A stretch of 64,000 bases of DNA. Origin: the human T2T-CHM13v2.0 reference genome, Homo sapiens. The stretch lies in the NCBI RefSeq assembly GCF_009914755.1, contig NC_060928.1, one strand, 5' to 3'. This document shows, one piece after another, positions 54,561 to 64,000 of the stretch. The notes under the pieces were generated by a model that saw nothing but the letters and a program-made list of their open reading frames with translations, had not been told where the DNA came from and ran no database searches. A program made the translations under genes and the position numbers. The first letter of the stretch is position 1. Every line of letters begins with the position of its first letter.

Positions 54561-56431
54561 CATTCTCAGAAACTTCTTTGTGTTGTGTGTACTCATGTAA
54601 CAGTGTTGAACCATCCTTTTGACAGAGCAGTTTTGAAACACTCTTTTTGTAGAATCTGCAAGTGGATATTTGGATAGCTTTGAGGATTTCGTTGGAAACG
54701 GGATGACATATAATATCTAGAGAGAAGCATTCTCAGGAACTTCTTTGTGATGTTTGCATTCAAGTCACAGAATTGAACATTCCCTTTCATAGAGCAGGTT
54801 TGAAACACTCTTTCTCTAGTATCTGGAAGTGGGCATTTCAAGCGCTTTCAGGCCTATGGAGAGAAAGGAAATACCTTCAAATAAAAACTAGACAGAAGCA
54901 TTCTCAGAAACTTATTTGTGATGTGTGTCCTCAACTAACAGAGTTGAACCTTTGTTTTGATACAGCATTTTGGAAACACTCCTTTTGTAGAATCTGCAGG
55001 TGGATATTTGGATAACTTTGAAGATTTCGTTGGAAACCGGAATATCTTCATATAAAATCAAGACAGAAGCATTCTCGGAAACATCTCTGTGATGTTTGCA
55101 TTCAACTCAGTAGAGTTGAACACTTCCTTTCATAGAGCCGGTTTGAAACACTCTTTCTGCACTACCTGGAAGCGGACATTTCGAGCGCTTTGAGGCCTAT
55201 GGTGAAAAAGGAAATATCTTCTCATAAAAACCAGAAAGAAGCATTCTCAGAAACTTCTTTGTGTTGTGTGTACTCAAGTAACAGTGTTGAACCTTCCTTT
55301 TGACACAGCAGTTTTGAAACACTCTTTTGGTAGAATCTGCAAGTGGATATTTGGATAGCTTTGAGGATTTCGTTGGAAACGGGTTATCTTCATATAAAAT
55401 CCAGACAGGAGCATTCTCAGAAACTTCTTTGTGCTGCATGTCCTCAATTCACAGAGCTGAACCTTTGTTTGGATACAGCATTTTGGAAACATTCCTTTAG
55501 TAGAATCTGCAAGTTGATATTTAGATAGCTTTGAAGATTTCGTTGGAAACGGGAATATCTTCATAGAAAATCTAGACGGAAGCATTCTCAGAAACTGCTT
55601 TGTGATGTTTGCATTCAAGTCACAGAGTTGAATATTCCCTTTTATAGAGTAGGTTTGAAACACTCTTTCGGCACTACCTGGAAGTGGATATTTCGAGCTC
55701 TTTGAGGCCTATGGTTAAAAGGAAATATCTTCCCATAAAAACTAGACAGAAGCCGTCTCAGAAACTTGTTTGTGATGTGTGTATTCAACTAACAGAGTTG
55801 AACATTTCTGTTACAGAGCAATTTTAAAACACTCTTTTTGTGGAATCTGAAAGTGGATAATTGGATAGCTTTGTGGATTTCGTTGGAAACGGGATGACGT
55901 ATAAAATCTAGAGAGAAGCATTCTCAGGAACTTCTTTGTGATGTTTGCATTCAAGTCACAGAATTGAACATTCCTTTTCATAGTGCAGGTTTGAAACACT
56001 CTTTCTGTAGTATCTGGAAGTGGACATTTCAAGCGCTTTCAGGCCTACGGGGAGAAACGAAATATCTTCAAATAAAAACTAGACAGAAGGATTCTCAGAA
56101 ACTTATTTGTGATGTGTGTCCTAAACGAACACAGTTGAACCTTTGTTTAGATACAGCATTTTGGAAACACTCCTTTTGTAGGATCTGCAGGTGGATATTT
56201 GGATAGATTTTAAGATTTCGTTGGAAACGGGAGTTTCTTCATAGAAACTCAAGACAGATGCATTCTCAGAAACATCTCTGTGATGTTTGCATTCCACTCA
56301 TAGAGTTGAAAACTTCCTTTCATAGAGCCGGTTTGAAACACTCTTTCTGCACTACCTGGAAGAGGACATTTCGAGCGCTTTGAGTCCTATGGTGAAAAAG
56401 GAAATATCTTCTCATAAAAACCAGAAAGAAG
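54561..56431 (+). repeat. 11-mer HOR structural variant, copy 2 (1871 bp)
   Basis: 1871-bp spacing (54593 to 56464). The same hybrid junction occurs at 56312-56328, exactly 5103 bp after the first. Confidence 0.95.
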
Positions 56432-59400
56432 CATTCTCAGAAACTTCTTTGTGTTGTGTGTACTCATGTAACAGTGTTGAACCATCCTTTTGACAGAGCA
56501 GTTTTGAAACACTCTTTTTGTAGAATCTGCAAGTGGATATTTGGATAGCTTTGAGGATTTCGTTGGAAACGGGATGACATATAATATCTAGAGAGAAGCA
56601 TACTCAGGAACTTCTTTGTGATGTTTGCATTCAAGTCACAGAATTGAACATTCCCTTTCATAGAGCAGGTTTGAAACACTCTTTCTCTAGTATCTGGAAG
56701 TGGGCATTTCAAGCGCTTTCAGGCCTATGGAGAGAAAGGAAATACCTTCAAATAAAAACTAGACAGAAGCATTCTCAGAAACTTATTTGTGATGTGTGTC
56801 CTCAACTAACAGAGTTGAACCTTTGTTTTGATACAGCATTTTGGAAACACTCCTTTTGTAGAATCTGCAGGTGGATATTTGGATAACTTTGAAGATTTCG
56901 TTGGAAATCGGAATATCTTCATATAAAATCAAGACAGAAGCATTCTCGGAAACATCTCTGTGATGTTTGCATTCAACTCAGTAGAGTTGAACACTTCCTT
57001 TCATAGAGCAGGTTTGAAACACTCTTTCTGCACTACCTGGAAGCAGACATTTCGAGCGCTTTGAGGCCTATGGTGAAAAAGGAAATATCTTCTCATAAAA
57101 ACCAGAAAGAAGCATTCTCAGAAACTTCTTTGTGTTGTGTGTACTCAAGTAACAGTGTTGAACCTTCCTTTTGACACAGCAGTTTTGAAACACTCTTTTG
57201 GTAGAATCTGCAAGTGGATATTTGGATAGCTTTGAGGATTTCGTTGGAAACGGGTTATCTTCATATAAAATCCAGACAGGAGCATTCTCAGAAACTTCTT
57301 TGTGCTGCATGTCCTCAATTCACAGAGCTGAACCTTTGTTTGGATACAGCATTTTGGAAACATTCCTTTAGTAGAATCTGCAAGTTGATATTTAGATAGC
57401 TTTGAAGATTTCGTTGGAAACGGGAATATCTTCATAGAAAATCTAGACGGAAGCATTCTCAGAAACTGCTTTGTGATGTTTGCATTCAAGTCACAGAGTT
57501 GAATATTCCCTTTTATAGAGTAGGTTTGAAACACTCTTTCGGCACTACCTGGAAGTGGATATTTCGAGCTCTTTGAGGCCTATGGTTAAAAGGAAATATC
57601 TTCCCATAAAAACTAGACAGAAGCCGTCTCAGAAACTTGTTTGTGATGTGTGTATTCAACTACCAGAGTTGAACATTTCTGTTACAGAGCAATTTTAAAA
57701 CACTCTTTTTGTGGAATCTGAAAGTGGATAATTGGATAGCTTTGTGGATTTTGTTGGAAACGGGATGACGTATAAAATCTAGAGAGAAGCATTCTCAGGA
57801 ACTTCTTTCTGATGTTTGCATTCAAGTCACAGAATTGAACATTCCTTTTCATAGTGCAGGTTTGAAACACTCTTTCTGTAGTATCTGGAAGTGGACATTT
57901 CAAGCGCTTTCAGGCCTACGGGGAGAAAGGAAATATCTTCAAATAAAAACTAGACAGAAGGATTCTCAGAAACTTATTTGTGATGTGTGTCCTAAACGAA
58001 CACAGTTGAACCTTTGTTTTGATACAGCATTTTGGAAACACTCCTTTTGTAGGATCTGCAGGTGGATATTTGGATAGATTTTAAGATTTCGTTGGAAACG
58101 GGAGTTTCTTCATAGAAACTCAAGACAGATGCATTCTCAGAAACATCTCTGTGATGTTTGCATTCCACTCATAGAGTTGAAAACTTCCTTTCATAGAGCA
58201 GGTTTGAAACACTCTTTTTGTAATATTTGGAAGTGGACATTTGCAGCGCTTTGAGGCCTATGGTGAAAAAGGAAATATCTTCTCATAAAAACCAGAAACA
58301 AGCATTCTCAGAAACTTCTTTTTGATGTGTGTACTCAAGTAACAGAGTTGAACCTTCCTTTTGACACAGCAGTTTTGAAACAATCTTTTTGTAGAATCTG
58401 CAAGTGGATATTTGGATAGCTTTGAGGATTTCGTTGGAAACGGGATATCTTCATATAAAATCTAGACAGAAGCATTCTCAGAAACTTCTTTGTGCTGTAT
58501 GTCCTCAATTAACAGAGTTGAACCATTGCTTGGATACAGCATTTTGGAAACATTCCTTGAGTAGAATCTGCAAGTTGATATTTAGATAGATTTGAAGATT
58601 TCGTTGGAAAAGGGAATATCTCCATATAAAATCTAGAGGGAAGCATTCTCAGAAACTGCTTTGTGATGTTTCCATTCAAGTCACAGAGTTGAATATTCCC
58701 TTTTATAGAGCACGTTTGAAACACTCTTTCTGCACTATCTGGAAGTGGACATTTCGAGCGCTTTGAGGCCTATGGTGAAAAAGGAAATATCTTCCCATAA
58801 AAACTAGACAGAAGCATTCTCAGAAACTTGTTTGTGATGTGTGTATTCAACTAACAGAGTTGAACTTTTGTTTTTACAGAGCCGTTTTAAAACACTCTTT
58901 TTGTGGAATCAGAAAGTGGATATTCGGATGGCTCTGAGGATTTCGTTGGAAGCGGGATTACATATAAAATCTAGAGAGAAGCATTCTCAGGAACTTCTTT
59001 GTGATGTTTGCATTGAAGTCACAGAATTGAACATTCACTTTGATAGAGCAGGTTTGAAACACTCATTCTGTAGTATCTGGAAGTGGACATTTCAAGCGCT
59101 TTCAGGCCTATGGTGAGAAAGGAAATATCTTCGAATAAAAACTAGACAGAAGCATCCTCAGAAACTTATTTGTGATGTGTGTCCTCAACTAACAGAGTTG
59201 AAACTTTGTTTTGATACAGCATTTTGGAAACACTCTTTTTGTAGAATCTGCAGGTGGATATTTGGATAGCTTAGAGGGATTCGTTGGAAAGGGGATATCT
59301 TCATATAAAATCTAGACAGAAGCATTCTCAGAAACTTATTTGTGATGTGTGTCCTCAACTAACAGAGTTGAACCTTGGTTTTGATACAGCATTTTGGAAA

Positions 59401-62400
59401 CGCTCCTTTTGTAGAATCTGCAGGTGGATATGTGGATAGCTCTGAAGATTTCGTTGGAAACGGGAATTTCTTCATATAAAATCAAACAGAAGCATTCTCA
59501 GAAACTTCTCAGTGATGTTTGCATTCAGCTCATGGAGTTGAACACTTCCTTTCATAGAGCCGGTTTGAAACACTCTTTCTGCACTACCTGGAAGAGGACA
59601 TTTCGAGCGCTTTGAGTCCTATGGTGAAAAAGGAAATATCTTCTCATAAAAACCAGAAAGAAGCATTCTCAGAAACTTCTTTGTGTTGTGTGTACTCATG
59701 TAACAGTGTTGAACCATCCTTTTGACAGAGCAGTTTTGAAACACTCTTTTTGTAGAATCTGCAAGTGGATATTTGGATAGCTTTGAGGATTTCGTTGGAA
59801 ACGGGATGACATATAATATCTAGAGAGAAGCATTCTCAGGAACTTCTTTGTGATGTTTGCATTCAAGTCACAGAATTGAACATTCCCTTTCATAGAGCAG
59901 GTTTGAAACACTCTTTCTCTAGTATCTGGAAGTGGGCATTTCAAGCGCTTTCAGGCCTATGGAGAGAAAGGAAATACCTTCAAATAAAAACTAGACAGAA
60001 GCATTCTCAGAAACTTATTTGTGATGTGTGTCCTCAACTAACAGAGTTGAACCTTTGTTTTGATACAGCATTTTGGAAACACTCCTTTTGTAGAATCTGC
60101 AGGTGGATATTTGGATAACTTTGAAGATTTCGTTGGAAACCGGAATATCTTCATATAAAATCAAGACAGAAGCATTCTCGGAAACATCTCTGTGATGTTT
60201 GCATTCAACTCAGTAGAGTTGAACACTTCCTTTCATAGAGCCGGTTTGAAACACTCTTTCTGCACTACCTGGAAGCGGACATTTCGAGCGCTTTGAGGCC
60301 TATGGTGAAAAAGGAAATATCTTCTCATAAAAACCAGAAAGAAGCATTCTCAGAAACTTCTTTGTGTTGTGTGTACTCAAGTAACAGTGTTGAACCTTCC
60401 TTTTGACACAGCAGTTTTGAAACACTCTTTTGGTAGAATCTGCAAGTGGATATTTGGATAGCTTTGAGGATTTCGTTGGAAACGGGTTATCTTCATATAA
60501 AATCCAGACAGGAGCATTCTCAGAAACTTCTTTGTGCTGCATGTCCTCAATTCACAGAGCTGAACCTTTGTTTGGATACAGCATTTTGGAAACATTCCTT
60601 TAGTAGAATCTGCAAGTTGATATTTAGATAGCTTTGAAGATTTCGTTGGAAACGGGAATATCTTCATAGAAAATCTAGACGGAAGCATTCTCAGAAACTG
60701 CTTTGTGATGTTTGCATTCAAGTCACAGAGTTGAATATTCCCTTTTATAGAGTAGGTTTGAAACACTCTTTCGGCACTACCTGGAAGTGGATATTTCGAG
60801 CTCTTTGAGGCCTATGGTTAAAAGGAAATATCTTCCCATAAAAACTAGACAGAAGCCGTCTCAGAAACTTGTTTGTGATGTGTGTATTCAACTACCAGAG
60901 TTGAACATTTCTGTTACAGAGCAATTTTAAAACACTCTTTTTGTGGAATCTGAAAGTGGATAATTGGATAGCTTTGTGGATTTCGTTGGAAACGGGATGA
61001 CGTATAAAATCTAGAGAGAAGCATTCTCAGGAACTTCTTTGTGATGTTTGCATTCAAGTCACAGAATTGAACATTCCTTTTCATAGTGCAGGTTTGAAAC
61101 ACTCTTTCTGTAGTATCTGGAAGTGGACATTTCAAGCGCTTTCAGGCCTACGGGGAGAAAGGAAATATCTTCAAATAAAAACTAGACAGAAGGATTCTCA
61201 GAAACTTATTTGTGATGTGTGTCCTAAACGAACACAGTTGAACCTTTGTTTTGATACAGCATTTTGGAAACACTCCTTTTGTAGGATCTGCAGGTGGATA
61301 TTTGGATAGATTTTAAGATTTCGTTGGAAACGGGAGTTTCTTCATAGAAACTCAAGACAGATGCATTCTCAGAAACATCTCTGTGATGTTTGCATTCCAC
61401 TCATAGAGTTGAAAACTTCCTTTCATAGAGCAGGTTTGAAACACTCTTTTTGTAATATTTGGAAGTGGACATTTGCAGCGCTTTGAGGCCTATGGTGAAA
61501 AAGGAAATATCTTCTCATAAAAACCAGAAACAAGCATTCTCAGAAACTTCTTTTTGATGTGTGTACTCAAGTAACAGAGTTGAACCTTCCTTTTGACACA
61601 GCAGTTTTGAAACAATCTTTTTGTAGAATCTGCAAGTGGATATTTGGATAGCTTTGAGGATTTCGTTGGAAACGGGATATCTTCATATAAAATCTAGACA
61701 GAAGCATTCTCAGAAACTTCTTTGTGCTGTATGTCCTCAATTAACAGAGTTGAACCATTGCTTGGATACAGCATTTTGGAAACATTCCTTGAGTAGAATC
61801 TGCAAGTTGATATTTAGATAGATTTGAAGATTTCGTTGGAAAAGGGAATATCTCCATATAAAATCTAGAGGGAAGCATTCTCAGAAACTGCTTTGTGATG
61901 TTTCCATTCAAGTCACAGAGTTGAATATTCCCTTTTATAGAGCACGTTTGAAACACTCTTTCTGCACTATCTGGAAGTGGACATTTCGAGCGCTTTGAGG
62001 CCTATGGTGAAAAAGGAAATATCTTCCCATAAAAACTAGACAGAAGCATTCTCAGAAACTTGTTTGTGATGTGTGTATTCAACTAACAGAGTTGAACTTT
62101 TGTTTTTACAGAGCCGTTTTAAAACACTCTTTTTGTGGAATCAGAAAGTGGATATTCGGATGGCTCTGAGGATTTCGTTGGAAGCGGGATTACATATAAA
62201 ATCTAGAGAGAAGCATTCTCAGGAACTTCTTTGTGATGTTTGCATTGAAGTCACAGAATTGAACATTCACTTTGATAGAGCAGGTTTGAAACACTCATTC
62301 TGTAGTATCTGGAAGTGGACATTTCAAGCGCTTTCAGGCCTATGGTGAGAAAGGAAATATCTTCGAATAAAAACTAGACAGAAGCATCCTCAGAAACTTA

Positions 62401-64000
62401 TTTGTGATGTGTGTCCTCAACTAACAGAGTTGAAACTTTGTTTTGATACAGCATTTTGGAAACACTCTTTTTGTAGAATCTGCAGGTGGATATTTGGATA
62501 GCTTAGAGGGATTCGTTGGAAAGGGGATATCTTCATATAAAATCTAGACAGAAGCATTCTCAGAAACTTATTTGTGATGTGTGTCCTCAACTAACAGAGT
62601 TGAACCTTGGTTTTGATACAGCATTTTGGAAACACTCCTTTTGTAGAATCTGCAGGTGGATATGTGGATAGCTCTGAAGATTTCGTTGGAAACGGGAATT
62701 TCTTCATATAAAATCAAACAGAAGCATTCTCAGAAACTTCTCAGTGATGTTTGCATTCAGCTCATGGAGTTGAACACTTCCTTTCATAGAGCCGGTTTGA
62801 AACACTCTTTCTGCACTACCTGGAAGAGGACATTTCGAGCGCTTTGAGTCCTATGGTGAAAAAGGAAATATCTTCTCATAAAAACCAGAAAGAAGCATTC
62901 TCAGAAACTTCTTTGTGTTGTGTGTACTCATGTAACAGTGTTGAACCATCCTTTTGACAGAGCAGTTTTGAAACACTCTTTTTGTAGAATCTGCAAGTGG
63001 ATATTTGGATAGCTTTGAAGATTTCGTTGGAAACGGGATGACATATAATATCTAGAGAGAAGCATTCTCAGGAACTTCTTTGTGATGTTTGCATTCAAGT
63101 CACAGAATTGAACATTCCCTTTCATAGAGCAGGTTTGAAACACTCTTTCTCTAGTATCTGGAAGTGGGCATTTCAAGCGCTTTCAGGCCTATGGAGAGAA
63201 AGGAAATACCTTCAAATAAAAACTAGACAGAAGCATTCTCAGAAACTTATTTGTGATGTGTGTCCTCAACTAACAGAGTTGAACCTTTGTTTTGATACAG
63301 CATTTTGGAAACACTCCTTTTGTAGAATCTGCAGGTGGATATTTGGATAACTTTGAAGATTTCGTTGGAAACCGGAATATCTTCATATAAAATCAAGACA
63401 GAAGCATTCTCGGAAACATCTCTGTGATGTTTGCATTCAACTCAGTAGAGTTGAACACTTCCTTTCATAGAGCCGGTTTGAAACACTCTTTCTGCACTAC
63501 CTGGAAGCGGACATTTCGAGCGCTTTGAGGCCTATGGTGAAAAAGGAAATATCTTCTCATAAAAACCAGAAAGAAGCATTCTCAGAAACTTCTTTGTGTT
63601 GTGTGTACTCAAGTAACAGTGTTGAACCTTCCTTTTGACACAGCAGTTTTGAAAAACTCTTTTGGTAGAATCTGCAAGTGGATATTTGGATAGCTTTGAG
63701 GATTTCGTTGGAAACGGGTTATCTTCATATAAAATCCAGACAGGAGCATTCTCAGAAACTTCTTTGTGCTGCATGTCCTCAATTCACAGAGCTGAACCTT
63801 TGTTTGGATACAGCATTTTGGAAACATTCCTTTAGTAGAATCTGCAAGTTGATATTTAGATAGCTTTGAAGATTTCGTTGGAAACGGGAATATCTTCATA
63901 GAAAATCTAGACGGAAGCATTCTCAGAAACTGCTTTGTGATGTTTGCATTCAAGTCACAGAGTTGAATATTCCCTTTTATAGAGTAGGTTTGAAACACTC
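56432..64000 (+). repeat. 19-mer HORs resume (two full units plus a partial unit to the window end)
   Basis: 3232-bp spacing (56464, 59696, 62928). Confidence 0.92.

Larger units (their letters stand above)
1..64000 (+). repeat. Centromeric alpha-satellite HOR array, ~171-bp monomers, 19-mer HOR of 3232 bp; most likely human chr4 D4Z1 (S2C4H1L)
   Basis: The monomer landmark AAGCATTCTCAG recurs every 166-172 bp, with CENP-B boxes (TTCGTTGGAAACGGGA) and pJ-alpha boxes (CTATGGTGAAAAAGGAA). Identical ORF sets recur every 3232/3231 bp. The alpha-satellite call is essentially certain; the chr4 call comes from the known 19-mer/3.2-kb period of D4Z1. Confidence 0.97.

Noticed and set aside
49458-56431. 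Two independent origins of the 11-mer
   Set aside because: The identical junction and shared flanking SNVs at +5103 indicate one event followed by duplication.
160-63998. About 200 short ORFs (61-129 aa) on both strands
   Set aside because: They are translations of alpha-satellite that recur with the HOR period. Most begin at non-ATG codons, they overlap on both strands, and they show no recognisable domain.
1-64000. CRISPR-like array (conserved motif plus variable intervening sequence)
   Set aside because: The intervening sequences are homologous parts of 171-bp monomers repeated at HOR period, not unique spacers, and there are no cas genes.
1-64000. Transposon insertion, inversion or non-satellite island
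   Set aside because: All spacings are explained by 3232, 3231 or 1871 bp units in one orientation; no poly-A tail, target-site duplication or foreign sequence was seen.
1-64000. Claim that this window is the kinetochore/CENP-A site, or a novel biological system
   Set aside because: Kinetochore position is epigenetic and cannot be read from sequence. Everything seen fits known alpha-satellite organisation and turnover.

Overview
The whole 64 kb window is one head-to-tail array of primate centromeric alpha-satellite: about 376 monomers of 166-172 bp, all in the same orientation, organised as a highly homogeneous 19-monomer higher-order repeat (HOR) of 3232 bp. The period and the mostly alternating CENP-B-box and pJ-alpha-box monomers fit the active human chromosome 4 array D4Z1 (S2C4H1L, suprachromosomal family 2). 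That assignment rests on recalled knowledge, not an alignment. I found no genes, transposon insertions or inversions, and the ORF track is a repeat artefact. I also found no previously undescribed biological system. The informative signal is structural: (i) the 19-mer looks built from an older 7-mer with hybrid monomers; (ii) five consecutive HORs share a 1-bp deletion; (iii) two 11-mer variants with an identical hybrid junction lie inside a tandem 5103-bp (30-monomer) duplication marked by shared SNVs; (iv) some SNVs are distributed in patterns suggesting gene conversion; (v) one CENP-B box is lost by a CpG transition. Monomers are numbered locally, M1-M19 starting at 134. Variants were found by eye with the help of the ORF track, so the list may be incomplete.
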